From NCBI GenBank assembly GCA_016235455.1, contig JACRKZ010000119.1:1-55605 (forward strand): a DNA stretch of 55,605 bases, read 5' to 3'. Position numbers and translations under genes: made by a program. Numbering within the stretch: position 1 is the stretch's first letter; each line of letters opens with the position of its first letter. This document shows positions 1 through 9,978 of the stretch, in pieces. Origin of the DNA: Armatimonadota bacterium (GTDB taxonomy: Bacteria; Armatimonadota; UBA10988). The notes under the pieces were generated by a model. That model saw nothing but the letters and a program-made list of their open reading frames with translations, did not search any database and was not told the DNA's origin.

Positions 1-1139
1 CGCTGGACCTGACACTGGCGGCAGCGTACCTGTACGCCGCCCGGCGGATGGAGCGGTCGTCGGCCACCGCGCTGGCGGTGCTGGCTCTGCTGCCGCTGGC
101 CCTGGTGCCGGTGGGCCTGGCCGGGCCCAGCGTGGACTGGGTGCATCAGCCGCTGCTAGGCGGCAGCTACCCGCTGGCGCTGGTGTTGCTCGGTGCCTGG
201 TGGCGACGGTCGGCCTGGCTGCCCGGCGCGCAGGCGGCGTTGGGGCTGGCCGCGGCCAGCGCGCTGCTGACCTTGTCCGCCTCGGTGCAATGGTCGCCGG
301 CCGACGACACCTTCGCGCTGCTCTGCGGGTACGCCGTGCTCGCGGCGCCATTTGCGCCGCTGGCCGGTCTGTGGCTGGGCCAGGCCGCGGCGCTGTGGGG
401 CTTGCTGGTCATGTGGCCGCCCGAGGAGCCGTGGCGACCGATGCTGGGCCTGCGGCTTGGCTTCATCGTCCTGGCCGACGCGGTCGTGGCCGCGGCCGGG
501 CGCGCCAAGCCCGAGTGGCGCCGGGCCTGGCTGACGCCCGCGGCGCTGCTGGCGCTGGTCAGCCTGCCGCTGCTGTTCCAGCCGCCGGCGCGACCGTCGG
601 TGCTGGGTCTGCTGGTGCTGGCCGTGGCAGCGGTCACCGCGGCCTGGCTGGTTGAGCGGCGTGAGTTGAACGACGCCGGCTTCGCCTGCGCCTGGCTGGC
701 CGGCATCATGGTGCTGTATGACACCGCCCGCCATGGCCAGGGCGAGTTGCTGCCCTATCGCAGCCTGGACCTCTATCTGGCGCCGATGGCCATCTACACG
801 CTGGCCATCAGCGAACGCCGCTCGGCGTCGCCGGCGGGTCTGCGGCTGATGGCGGTAGTCATGCTACTCGGCTCGCTGCTGGTCTCGGCCCTGGCTGGCG
901 CCAGCTGGCTGCACAGCGCGGCCCTGTTTGTGGCCGTGGCGGGCGCGGTGGCCTACGGCGTGCTGCGCGCCGATCTGGCCATCCGCTTCGCCGGCCTGGC
1001 CGCCTTCGCCGCCTGGTTCCTGGTTTTCCTCTGGCGGCAGCAGGAGAACAGCCGCTGGTTGCTGATACCTCTGCTGGTGTTGCTCGGCATGGGCGCGATG
1101 TGGCTCGCGGTCAATCAGGAGCGCCGGCAACGCCAGTGA
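1..1139 (+). CDS. Multi-pass membrane protein of unknown function, probably 5'-truncated by the window edge
   Basis: Many hydrophobic helices; frame is open upstream of the ATG at 48; stop lies 3 nt before the sulfatase start. Confidence 0.7.
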   Translation, partial: LDLTLAAAYLYAARRMERSSATALAVLALLPLALVPVGLAGPSVDWVHQPLLGGSYPLALVLLGAWWRRSAWLPGAQAALGLAAASALLTLSASVQWSPADDTFALLCGYAVLAAPFAPLAGLWLGQAAALWGLLVMWPPEEPWRPMLGLRLGFIVLADAVVAAAGRAKPEWRRAWLTPAALLALVSLPLLFQPPARPSVLGLLVLAVAAVTAAWLVERRELNDAGFACAWLAGIMVLYDTARHGQGELLPYRSLDLYLAPMAIYTLAISERRSASPAGLRLMAVVMLLGSLLVSALAGASWLHSAALFVAVAGAVAYGVLRADLAIRFAGLAAFAAWFLVFLWRQQENSRWLLIPLLVLLGMGAMWLAVNQERRQRQ

Positions 1140-1142
1140 GGC

Positions 1143-2729
1143 ATGACCGTGCAGCGACGCGAGTTCATCGGGACCATCGCCGCCGCCAGCCTGGCGCGGC
1201 GTGCCGGGAGTCAGCCTGTGGCCCACCGACCACCCAACGTCCTCTTTGCCATCGCCGACGACTGGTCGTATGGCCATGCCGGCGCCTATGGCTGCCGGTG
1301 GGCCAGGACGCCCGCCTTCGACCGCGTGGCCAACGAGGGCATCCTGTTCACCCACGCCTACACGCCCAACGCCAAGTGCGCGCCGTCTCGGGCCTGTATC
1401 CTCACCGGCCGCAACCCCTGGCAGCTCAAGGCCGCGGCCAACCACTGGTGCTTCTTCCCGCCCGAGTTCCGCACCTGGCCGGAGGCGCTCGGCGCGCACG
1501 ACTGGCATGTGGGCAAGACGGCCAAGGGCTGGGCGCCCGGCGTGGCTGTCGACGCGCAGGGCCAGCCACGCCAGATGACCGGCCGCGGCTATGACCGGCG
1601 CACGGCGGCCGCACCGACCAGCGCTGTCAACCGCTGCGACTACGCAGGCAACTTCGCGGACTTCTTGGACGCCGCGCCGGCGGAGCGGCCGTGGGCGTTC
1701 TGGTACGGCTGCACCGAGCCCCACCGCGGCTACGAGTACGGTTCGGGCGTGGCCAAGGGCGGCTGGCGGCTGAGCGATATCGACCGCGTGCCCGGCTGCT
1801 GGCCCGACAACGAACGCGTGCGCACGGACCTGCTGGACTACGCCTTTGAGGTGGAGCACTACGATCGGCATCTGGGCCGCATGCTGGACCTGCTGGCCGA
1901 GCGCGGCGAACTGGACAACACGCTGGTGGTGGTCACCTCGGACAACGGCATGCCCTTCCCGCATGACAAGGGCAACACCTACCACGACGCCAACCACTTG
2001 CCGCTGGCCGTCCGCTGGCCCCAGGGCATCGCCGGCCGAGGTCGCGTGGTGGACGACTACGTCAGCTTTGTCGACTTCGCCCCGACCTTTCTAGAGTTGG
2101 CCGGCTTGACCGCCGAGCAGGCCGGCATGGCGCCCACGACGGGCCGCAGCCTGAGCGATGTGTTCCGCACCGCCGGCACCGGCCGCATCAGCGCCGAGCG
2201 CGACCACGTGCTGCTGGGCCGCGAACGCACGGATGTCGGCCGGCCGGGCGATGTGGGCTATCCGATCCGCGGCATCGTGCGCGACGACGCCCTGTATCTG
2301 CGCAACTTCGAGCCGACGCGCTGGCCCGGCGGCAATCCCGAGACGGGCTATCTGGACTGCGACGGCAGCCCGACCAAGACCGAGGTGCTGCGCAGCCGAC
2401 TCAACCCGGCCACGAAGCATTACTGGGACGCTTGTTTCGGCAAGCGGCCGGCAGAGGAGTTGTTCGACGTCAAGGCCGACCCCGACTGCCTGCGCAACCT
2501 GATCGCCGAGCCCGGCCAGCAGGCCCGGCTGGCGCAGTTGCGCGACCAGCTGACCGCCGAACTGACCGCCCAGGCGGACCCGCGTACCCTCGGCCAGGGC
2601 GCGATTTTCGACACTTACCCCTATGCCGACGACGCCGGCCGCGGCTTCTACGAACGGCACCAGGCCGGTGAGAAGCTCAACGCAGGCTGGGTCAATCCCA
2701 GCGACTTCGAGACCGGTACCGTGGAGTAG
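1143..2729 (+). CDS. Sulfatase (S1 family, heparan N-sulfatase-like), Tat-exported
   Basis: RREF Tat motif, [15 protein letters not shown] formylglycine motif, GK, SDNG, GK motifs. Confidence 0.92.
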   Translation: MTVQRREFIGTIAAASLARRAGSQPVAHRPPNVLFAIADDWSYGHAGAYGCRWARTPAFDRVANEGILFTHAYTPNAKCAPSRACILTGRNPWQLKAAANHWCFFPPEFRTWPEALGAHDWHVGKTAKGWAPGVAVDAQGQPRQMTGRGYDRRTAAAPTSAVNRCDYAGNFADFLDAAPAERPWAFWYGCTEPHRGYEYGSGVAKGGWRLSDIDRVPGCWPDNERVRTDLLDYAFEVEHYDRHLGRMLDLLAERGELDNTLVVVTSDNGMPFPHDKGNTYHDANHLPLAVRWPQGIAGRGRVVDDYVSFVDFAPTFLELAGLTAEQAGMAPTTGRSLSDVFRTAGTGRISAERDHVLLGRERTDVGRPGDVGYPIRGIVRDDALYLRNFEPTRWPGGNPETGYLDCDGSPTKTEVLRSRLNPATKHYWDACFGKRPAEELFDVKADPDCLRNLIAEPGQQARLAQLRDQLTAELTAQADPRTLGQGAIFDTYPYADDAGRGFYERHQAGEKLNAGWVNPSDFETGTVE

Positions 2730-3590
2730 ATGATGACCCCGATGGCCCTGGCCCTGGCCGTTCTGTGTACGCTGGCTGGCGATCCGGCGCCCAAGCCGCC
2801 GCCCCAACCCGTCGGCGAGCCGCACGTCTACAAGACCGTGGGCGGCCGTGACTTGAGCCTGTGGGTGAACCTGCCGCCAGGCTGGCAGGCAGCCGACACA
2901 CGGCCGTGCCTGGTGCTGTTCCACGGGGGCGGCTGGGTCAATGGCGACCCGAGCTCGCTCAATCGCCAGGCGACCTACCTGGCCGGCCGGGGCATGGTCA
3001 CGGTGCTGGTGCAATACCGGCTGCTGAAAGCCAAGGAAGACCCGACCAAGTGCATCAACGACGCGCGCTCCGCCCTGCGCTGGGTGCGCAGCCACGCGGC
3101 CGAGCTGGGTGTCGACCCGAAGCGCATCGGCGCTGGCGGCGGGTCGGCGGGCGGGCATCTGGCGGCGCACTGCGGCATGGTCGCGGGTGTTGACGACCCC
3201 ACCGACGACCTGGCCGTCTCACCGCGGCCCGATGCCCTGGTGCTCTACAACCCGGTCATCGACAACGGCCCCGGCGGCTGGGGCGCGGCACGGGTGGGCG
3301 ACCGCTATCCCGAGTTCTCGCCGCGCCACAACCTCTCGGCCGACGATCCTCCGACGGTCATCTTCCTCGGCACCAAGGACGACCTCGTGCCAGTCAAGAC
3401 CATCGAGGACATGGCGGCCGAACTGGCCCGACTAGGTGTCCGCTGCGAAACGCACTTCTACGAGGGCGCCGCGCACGGCTTCTACCACCAGCCCAGATAC
3501 CAGACTTTGACGCTGATAGGGTCCGATCGATTCCTGGCCTCGCTGGGCTGGTTGAGCGGCGAGCCAACGCTTGCCGAACCCGCTCGCTGA
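2730..3590 (+). CDS. Secreted alpha/beta hydrolase (HSL/BD-FAE-like carbohydrate esterase)
   Basis: Signal peptide, HGGGW oxyanion hole, GGSAGG nucleophile, D and HGF triad residues. Confidence 0.9.
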   Translation: MMTPMALALAVLCTLAGDPAPKPPPQPVGEPHVYKTVGGRDLSLWVNLPPGWQAADTRPCLVLFHGGGWVNGDPSSLNRQATYLAGRGMVTVLVQYRLLKAKEDPTKCINDARSALRWVRSHAAELGVDPKRIGAGGGSAGGHLAAHCGMVAGVDDPTDDLAVSPRPDALVLYNPVIDNGPGGWGAARVGDRYPEFSPRHNLSADDPPTVIFLGTKDDLVPVKTIEDMAAELARLGVRCETHFYEGAAHGFYHQPRYQTLTLIGSDRFLASLGWLSGEPTLAEPAR

Positions 3591-3656
3591 GCCATCCGAC
3601 GCGAGTCGAGTCGGTGTAGCCAGCGCGATGAGTCCGGCTTGTGAACCGCACTCGGG

Positions 3657-3685
3657 TTGACGATCTAGCCAATGTGGGCTAACTT
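3657..3685 (+). promoter_or_regulatory. Putative sigma70 promoter of rlpA
   Basis: TTGACG-N17-TAACTT upstream of AAGGAG RBS and ATG 3752. Confidence 0.5.
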
Positions 3686-3751
3686 GAAGTTGCTTGGCGG
3701 TCCGTCCAGAGCTTGTTCTGGACCGGGTTGCGGGGCAAAGGAGACCGGCCT

Positions 3752-5275
3752 ATGGCCTCCTCATGCCGCACAACAACTGTCAGGCTGTGTCTGGGTTTGC
3801 TGTGCTGCCTGTCGAGTGCGCGAGCCCAGGAACCGAGCGGCGGACTGGCCATGCTCCTCGTGGAGCCGGCTGGTTCAACGGCCAACGCGGACGTTGTAGA
3901 ACGGTACCGTGGCTTGCTGAGCGAGGGTCTGACCTCGCTGGCGGGCACGCCGGTGGCGGTTGGCTTGGCGCCCTCGGGCGAACGCAGCCTGTTCGATGAT
4001 CTGCGTGGGTTGCCGACCCGGTTGGCGACGCGCGAAACCCTCGGTTTGTCCCTGCCGCGCTGGGTGCTGGTCGCTCGTTGCGACGAACTCACCAACGCCA
4101 GCCTGGCCGGCGAAATGGTCCTGGTCGACCGCTCCACCCGTGCCTTGCTGGGCTTCCGGTCGTTTGGCGCCCAGGGCGTCTCGGCCCTGACCGAGTCGGC
4201 CGCCGCCTTTGTCCGCGAGAGCCTGCCGCGCAACCCCAGCGCCAGCCAGGCCGCGGCCACCGTCTCTGCCTCGGCCGAGCGCACCCTGTCCGCCACGCGA
4301 CCCCAGCCACTGCCCGCGCCCGACCCCGGGCGCGACTCGCCTGGCGAGCGCTGGGCCACGGCCAGCACCAGCCGACCCACGACGGCGGGCATGATCGCCT
4401 CCGTGCCGCGAGTGAGGCCGGTGACGCCGGCGTTGTCAGCCAACACGGCCGCACTGGTCAACGCCTATCTGGGCACCAGCCTGGCGGCCGGTTCGGTCGG
4501 CCAGCCCGCGGCGCGTCCCCGGGTCTATGAGGCCTCCTGGCAGACGCTGCTGCTTCCAGCGGCAGGCACTAATGGCAAGATTGATCCCCACGCGGCCGTG
4601 ACCCGCGCGGTGATGACCGCCTACACCACCGAGACCACGGTCGAAGTGGACCTGCGCTTCAGCCGGCCAGTCAAGCCGCGCGTCAGCCAGGACGGCGGCT
4701 GGTCCATCTGCGATGTGAGTGGCGTTCAGGTCGAGACCGAGCAGACCGCCGACCTGGGGCCCGATGGGTTCCTGACCGTGCGCGCTCGGCCCGGCGACAC
4801 GCCCGGCGCCGTGCGCTTCGGCTGCGCGCTGCGCAACCCCGGCGGTCGCGGCAAGATCGAGACGCGCGACGGCGGCCGGCTGGTGGCCATGGTGCTGCCC
4901 AAGCCCGCGCCCGGCTTCGACCCCGACGGTCCCGGCGGTGCCGACCCGTTCAGCATCGATCCCGGCCATGTGGTCGACAGCTACACCGGCTCGGCGAGCT
5001 GGTACGGCTCCGAGGGCCACGGCGGCCCGACGGCCAGCGGCGAGCGGTTCAACATGTACGCCATGACCGCCGCGCACAAGACGCTCAAGCTGGGCACCTG
5101 GATCCTGGTCACCAACCTGCGCAACGGCAAGCAGGTCGTCGTGCGCATCAATGACCGCGGCCCGTATGCCGGCGGACGCATCCTGGACCTCAGCTACGCC
5201 GCGGCGTCGGCGCTCGACTTTGTGGGTTCGGGCGTCACCACCGTGCGCATCGACGTGCTCGACGGCAAGCGCTGA
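3752..5275 (+). CDS. rlpA: RlpA-family lytic transglycosylase (C-terminal DPBB domain) with a long N-terminal extension
   Basis: GxASWYG..TASGERFNMYAMTAAHKTL..VVRINDRGP..ILDLSYAAA; signal peptide; AAGGAG RBS. Confidence 0.85.
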   Translation: MASSCRTTTVRLCLGLLCCLSSARAQEPSGGLAMLLVEPAGSTANADVVERYRGLLSEGLTSLAGTPVAVGLAPSGERSLFDDLRGLPTRLATRETLGLSLPRWVLVARCDELTNASLAGEMVLVDRSTRALLGFRSFGAQGVSALTESAAAFVRESLPRNPSASQAAATVSASAERTLSATRPQPLPAPDPGRDSPGERWATASTSRPTTAGMIASVPRVRPVTPALSANTAALVNAYLGTSLAAGSVGQPAARPRVYEASWQTLLLPAAGTNGKIDPHAAVTRAVMTAYTTETTVEVDLRFSRPVKPRVSQDGGWSICDVSGVQVETEQTADLGPDGFLTVRARPGDTPGAVRFGCALRNPGGRGKIETRDGGRLVAMVLPKPAPGFDPDGPGGADPFSIDPGHVVDSYTGSASWYGSEGHGGPTASGERFNMYAMTAAHKTLKLGTWILVTNLRNGKQVVVRINDRGPYAGGRILDLSYAAASALDFVGSGVTTVRIDVLDGKR

Positions 5276-5279
5276 GCTG

Positions 5280-5322
5280 CGTGGCCGGCCGCATGGCCGG
5301 CCACGTGACCAGTCACGTGGCC
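5280..5322. terminator. Two overlapping inverted repeats between convergent rlpA and the VOC gene
   Basis: CGTGGCCGGCC-gcat-GGCCGGCCACG (5280-5305) and GGCCACGTGAC-ca-GTCACGTGGCC (5299-5322); no U-tract. Confidence 0.5.
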
Positions 5323-5714
5323 TGGTCGCCGGGCATGTAGCCCAGCTCCCAGACATGGCCGTCCGGGTCCTCGAACCCGTGGCCGTACATGGTGCCGTTC
5401 TCCTGCGGGTCGTTGTAGGTTCGGCCGCCGGCCTCCACGGCCAACCGCACCAGGTCATCCACCTGTTCGCGGCTGTCGCATGACAGGCAGAGCAGCACCT
5501 CGGTGCTGGCCCGGGCATCGCTGATCGGCTTGGGCGCGAAGCCGGCAAAGAACTCATGCGTCAGCAGCATCACGTAGATGGCGTCGCTGATCACCACGCA
5601 GGCCGCCACCTCATTGGTGTACTGCTCATGGAACGCGAAGCCCAGATGGGACCAGAACGCCTTGGCGCGCGGCAGGTCACCCACAGGCAGGTTCACGAAG
5701 ATCTTCCTGGACAC
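5313..5714 (-). CDS. VOC (glyoxalase/bleomycin resistance) family protein
   Basis: IFVNLPVxDL..AKAFW..LGF and MYGHGFEDPDGHVWE; GTG start with AAGGAG RBS. Confidence 0.92.
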   Translation of the reverse strand: MSRKIFVNLPVGDLPRAKAFWSHLGFAFHEQYTNEVAACVVISDAIYVMLLTHEFFAGFAPKPISDARASTEVLLCLSCDSREQVDDLVRLAVEAGGRTYNDPQENGTMYGHGFEDPDGHVWELGYMPGDQAT

Positions 5715-5751
5715 GATCGGCTCCTTGCATCGCGTCCAGTATGGTGCAGCC

Positions 5752-7614
5752 TCACCGCGCGTCTGGCCCCAGCACGCCCAACTCCGCCACATTGGCACAA
5801 CCGTCCACGGCGGCGGTGGCAGTAAAGCGCAGGTAGCGGGCTCGCGCCGGCTTGGCGAACAACACCTTCTGCTGGACCGGGTTGGCCTCGATGTTGCCAA
5901 ACTCGCCCCGCGCCACCGAGTCCCAGGTCTGACCATCAAGGCTGAGGTCGATCTGGTACGCGCTCACGTTGCCCACGGCGCAGCCATCCTGGCGGGGCAG
6001 GTAGAGGAACCCACCCAGGGCCTGCTCGGCGCCCAGGTCGATGACCAGCGACTGTGGCGGGGCCTGACGGCCGGCGGCGGTGTGGGTGTGCCAGAACGTG
6101 GCCGGGTCGCCGTCGATGGCCTGGCTGCCGGGCGTGCCCTCGCTGCTAGCCGAGACCACGCGCCAGGTGTGCTTCGGCAAGCCCTGCTCGATGCGGCGGA
6201 AGAGCGATGCATCCATCTCGCGGCGGCTGGCCTCCGGCTCCAGATAGACACCAAACTCGCTCAACACAGGACAGGCGGCCGCCTTGGTGATGCGCAGACG
6301 CAGCCGCTCGGTGATCGTCGGCTGACCTCGCCACAGCCGCCGCGCGCCGATCCCCCGGCCACTGTCCAGTTCGCGCCAGACGCCGTCCTGCCAGACATCC
6401 AGCGCCCAGTCGTCGACGCGCAGGCCCAGCGGCAGATGCTCGCGCAGGCTGACCACACTGAAGGTCGTCGGCCGGCCGAAGTCGAGCGTCACGGTCGGCG
6501 TCAACTGGTTGTCGTCGCTGGCCCACCAGGTGGCGCGGTCGCCGTCGGTCAGCGCGCCAACCAGCGCGCCGGCTCGTGTGTTGCTGGCCGTGACCTTGGC
6601 GCCGCGCGCCAGGTCGCCAGCGAAGATGGCTCGCAGCCGGTCGCCGAAGCCCTGCAGCGACGCCGCGTCCTCGGCGCAGATCAGCCCTCGCCGGTCGGGT
6701 GCGATGCCCAGATCCATGACCGCGCCGCGGCCGACCGTGGCGAAGTAGTGATTGAGCAGGTCGCCCGCCGTACGCGTCGTGCCGCCGGGATGCCAGAACC
6801 AGCCGTTGCGCTGCGGGAAATCTGCCTCCGCCGGCATCCACACCGCCCCGCCGCGCACGCCGCCGGTCAGCGAGCCGCCGCCGTCGGCGTTCATGGTGGC
6901 CCAGCAGGGGTCGCCAGCGACGCCACTCTCGTTGCCCACCCAGCGAATGTCCTCGCGGCCGAAGCAGACGGCATTGGGCTGCAGCTCGCGCACCAGGGCC
7001 ATGACCTTGTCCCACTGGTAGTAGTCGGCACCGATCTGGCGAGTGGTCTTGGCGCCGCCATACCAGCCGTCGCCGCCGTTGGCGCCGTCGAACCAGATCT
7101 CGTGGATGGTGCCGTAGTCGGTCAGCAACTCGCGCAACTGGTTGTGGTAGTAGGCGACGTACTCCGGCCGGCCGTAGTCCCGGTGATGGCGGTCCCAGGG
7201 CGAAAGATAGATGCCCACGCGCAGCCCCTCGGCGCGGCAGGCGTCGGCCAGTTCGCGGACCATGTCGCCCTTCCCTCGGCGCCAGGGGCTGTTGCGCACG
7301 GTGTAGTCGTCGTTGAAGCGGCTGGGCCACAGGCAGAATCCGCCGTGGTGCTTGGCATCGATGACCAGCAGTTGCAGCCCGCCGGCCTTCGCCGCCCGGA
7401 CGATCTGCGCAGCGTCGAACTCCGCCGGGTCGAACCGCGCCGGGTCCTCGTCGCCGTAGCCCCACTCGCGGCCGTAGTAGGTGATGGTCGAGTAGTTGAC
7501 CATGCCGATGATCTCAGACTCGTGCCACAGCAGTTGGCGCGGCGAGGGCACGGCGCCATACGGCGTCGGCGCGGCCAGCAGCGCATTCAACGTCAAGGCC
7601 AGCATCGTCGTCAT
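5752..7614 (-). CDS. GH29 alpha-L-fucosidase with F5/8 type C (CBM32-like) domains
   Basis: AKHHGGFCLWPS, YLSPWDRH, EIWFDGA, IRWVGNE, GWFWH; C-terminal discoidin motifs; ATG 7614 overlaps the upstream stop. Confidence 0.9.
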   Translation of the reverse strand: MTTMLALTLNALLAAPTPYGAVPSPRQLLWHESEIIGMVNYSTITYYGREWGYGDEDPARFDPAEFDAAQIVRAAKAGGLQLLVIDAKHHGGFCLWPSRFNDDYTVRNSPWRRGKGDMVRELADACRAEGLRVGIYLSPWDRHHRDYGRPEYVAYYHNQLRELLTDYGTIHEIWFDGANGGDGWYGGAKTTRQIGADYYQWDKVMALVRELQPNAVCFGREDIRWVGNESGVAGDPCWATMNADGGGSLTGGVRGGAVWMPAEADFPQRNGWFWHPGGTTRTAGDLLNHYFATVGRGAVMDLGIAPDRRGLICAEDAASLQGFGDRLRAIFAGDLARGAKVTASNTRAGALVGALTDGDRATWWASDDNQLTPTVTLDFGRPTTFSVVSLREHLPLGLRVDDWALDVWQDGVWRELDSGRGIGARRLWRGQPTITERLRLRITKAAACPVLSEFGVYLEPEASRREMDASLFRRIEQGLPKHTWRVVSASSEGTPGSQAIDGDPATFWHTHTAAGRQAPPQSLVIDLGAEQALGGFLYLPRQDGCAVGNVSAYQIDLSLDGQTWDSVARGEFGNIEANPVQQKVLFAKPARARYLRFTATAAVDGCANVAELGVLGPDAR

Positions 7615-7874
7615 GCGGCATCTCCCAGCGGCGGTCGAGCGCCTCGGCGCAAGCCGCGCAGACCAAACCACGCCACGCGCACGGCCAAGCCCGGCGCCAG
7701 AAGCACCAGCAGCGCGCGCACCACGATGAACGCCAGCGCCAGCAGGCCGACGCCCAGTGGCGGCACGCCGCCGCCGAGCACCTGCTCGACCAGCCGACCA
7801 TGGGCCGCCAGCCGCAGCAGCACGGCGTGCAGACCGACCAGGCCCAACAGCATCGTCAGTTCGGCGCGGACCAT
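7611..7874 (-). CDS. Small membrane protein (87 aa, about two TM helices)
   Basis: Hydrophobic ORF whose ATG overlaps the upstream stop (TGATG) and whose stop overlaps the fucosidase ATG (ATGA). Confidence 0.65.
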   Translation of the reverse strand: MVRAELTMLLGLVGLHAVLLRLAAHGRLVEQVLGGGVPPLGVGLLALAFIVVRALLVLLAPGLAVRVAWFGLRGLRRGARPPLGDAA

Positions 7875-9046
7875 CAGCGCGCCTCCCGGCCGAGCTCGGC
7901 ATCGGCGGTGAACATGGCCAGCAACAAGGCACTGCCAATGGCGCCTCCGGCCACGTACTCGCGCTGGCCGCGCCGGTTCAGCGGGCAGCCCGTCAGGTTC
8001 ATGGTCCGGTAGAGCGCGCGATAGCCGCTCTCGTCGCCCGCCAGGCGGGCACCGGCCAGGCCGAATCCGGTGGCTGTCAGCCCGAAGCCCAGCACCACCG
8101 GCCCGGAGTCCACATTGCCACCCAGCAGGACGAGGCGTGGGTACTCGCGCATGCCGCCCAGACCCAACGGCCGGCGCAGGCAGCGCCGCCGCAGGGCCGC
8201 GTAGCATTCGCGCGCGAAGCACAGGTCGGCAAACGAGACGAAGTACAGACCCAACGCCGTGCCCGAGGCCCGCGCCTCGTCCACGGGCGTGCCGTTTCGA
8301 GCGTTGACCTGCTGGTAGAACAGACCGCTGCGCGGGTCGATGTAGCGCGCGCGGCAGGTGGTCACCCAGGCGCGGATCAGCGTGCCGTGGTCGGCGCCGG
8401 TGACGCGGTCGTACAGGCCCAGTCCGCCGATGGCAGCGGCGTTGTCGACCGGGAACGACTGGCCCGGGTAGGTCTCGATGAGCCCCGTCGGCGCCGCTGC
8501 CAGCCGCCTGGCCAGCGCGGCGATGAGGCGGTCGTGCAGGGCATTGAACTCGTTGTCGGGCTCCAGTAAGCGGTACATGCCCAACGCCAGGCTGAGGTAG
8601 CCCAGGTAGCCCACCTGACCCGTGTCACCGTCGAGCGAGTCCAACGGGTCGACGCCCCAGGCCTGGGCATGAGAGCGCCGCAGGGCAGGCGAGGTAAGCG
8701 CCTCGAGGCAGCGCTTGATCGCGGGCAGCAGCGCGGCGCGCTGGTCGGGCCAACGCCAGGCCACCTGGCCCAGACCGAGCGCCGAGAGCTGGTAGGTGCC
8801 GAACTGCCACTCGCTCTCGTAGAGCGGGCTGGGCGTGTTGAAGACGCGCTCGGTCGGCCCCGACAGCGCCTCGGCGGCAACGTGGCGGGCCAAGGGCAGC
8901 CAGGCGTCGGGTTCGCCGCGATAGCAGGCGCGCGAACCGCGGTCGCACCAGACCGGCCAGAACAGCGCCGAGCAGAGCAACATAGCCGACCAGCGCGCCA
9001 GCCAGCGGCGTGTCACACCCGTTCGCGCTTGCGTCGCATCAGCCAT
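7874..9046 (-). CDS. Membrane-anchored hypothetical protein with a probable alpha/alpha barrel (linalool dehydratase/isomerase-like)
   Basis: N-terminal TM; YLGYL, ETYPGQSFPVDN, DPRSGL, REYP..NVDSGP motifs; fold assignment is from recollection. Confidence 0.55.
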   Translation of the reverse strand: MADATQARTGVTRRWLARWSAMLLCSALFWPVWCDRGSRACYRGEPDAWLPLARHVAAEALSGPTERVFNTPSPLYESEWQFGTYQLSALGLGQVAWRWPDQRAALLPAIKRCLEALTSPALRRSHAQAWGVDPLDSLDGDTGQVGYLGYLSLALGMYRLLEPDNEFNALHDRLIAALARRLAAAPTGLIETYPGQSFPVDNAAAIGGLGLYDRVTGADHGTLIRAWVTTCRARYIDPRSGLFYQQVNARNGTPVDEARASGTALGLYFVSFADLCFARECYAALRRRCLRRPLGLGGMREYPRLVLLGGNVDSGPVVLGFGLTATGFGLAGARLAGDESGYRALYRTMNLTGCPLNRRGQREYVAGGAIGSALLLAMFTADAELGREAR

Positions 9047-9095
9047 GCGGGTCGCCTGTGACCCTGGCAGTTCGCCTGCGCGGAGCGAGTTCCTG

Positions 9096-9953
9096 TTACT
9101 GGATGGGCGCGGTGGCCACGGGCAGCCCGGCGGCTGTCCAGTCGCCCATGCTGCCGTCATAGAGCCGGGCCTCGAAACCCAGATACCGCGCGATGAAGTA
9201 GCCCAGGGAGGCCTGCATGCCGCTGTTGCAGTAGTGGTAGAGCACGTCGCCCGCCTGCACACCGGCGGCGGCGTAGAGCTTGGCGAGCTCGGCCGGCGGC
9301 AGCAGCGTCGGTTGCTCGGGCGAACGCAGCGCACGCCCCCAGTAGAAGCTCAAGGCACCCGGCACATGGCCGGCGGCGAACTGCGTGCCCGGCCGCGCGT
9401 CGACCAGCCGCACACCCGCCGGCGCGCAGGCCGACAGGTCAGCCATCGCCTGGCGCGAGACCAGCAACTCGGGCCGCGGTCGCGCGGCGAAGGTGCCCGG
9501 CTCCACGCGCGGCACCTCGGCAGTCAGCGCGCGGCCGTCGGCCCGCCAGGTGCTCACGCCACCGTCGAGCAGGGCCGAGCGGTCACCGGCACCCAGGTAG
9601 TCGAGGGCCACAAAGGCGCGCGCCGCGGCGATGCCCGCGTCCTCGCCATACAGCACGATGCGGCCGGCGGTACCCACCCCGATGTCGCGCAGCGCCTTGA
9701 CCATGTCGGCCGCGGGCGGGAACTCGTTGTGCAGACCATCGCGCGGCGCCGCGACGGCGGCCAAGGGCAGGAACCGCGCGCCGGGCAGGTGGCCGCGCTG
9801 GTAGAACGCGGGGTCGGCGGCGACGTGGATGACGACCACCCCAGGATCCTTGCTCAGCTCGGCCAACTGGGCGCCGCTGACCAGCAGGTCGGGCCGCGGC
9901 GCGCCGAGCGCCACCGTCGTGGCCAGCGCGGCCAGCATCATTGCCATGCGCAT
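9096..9953 (-). CDS. Secreted two-domain rhodanese/sulfurtransferase
   Basis: Signal peptide, GHLPGA and GHVPGA, YCNSG active loop, LYDGSMGDW. Confidence 0.9.
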   Translation of the reverse strand: MRMAMMLAALATTVALGAPRPDLLVSGAQLAELSKDPGVVVIHVAADPAFYQRGHLPGARFLPLAAVAAPRDGLHNEFPPAADMVKALRDIGVGTAGRIVLYGEDAGIAAARAFVALDYLGAGDRSALLDGGVSTWRADGRALTAEVPRVEPGTFAARPRPELLVSRQAMADLSACAPAGVRLVDARPGTQFAAGHVPGALSFYWGRALRSPEQPTLLPPAELAKLYAAAGVQAGDVLYHYCNSGMQASLGYFIARYLGFEARLYDGSMGDWTAAGLPVATAPIQ

Positions 9954-9978
9954 GGACTGTCTCCCGCCTCGCAGTGTA

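Noticed and set aside
3591-3751. c-di-AMP or other riboswitch upstream of rlpA
   Set aside because: The predicted leader is only about 60 nt with one small hairpin; no recognisable aptamer consensus
5578-7911. 777-aa plus-strand ORF and other long antisense ORFs (29570-32503, 41365-43434, 37578-39410, 26127-27740)
   Set aside because: Shadow frames of well-supported opposite-strand genes; expected in high-GC DNA; no motifs
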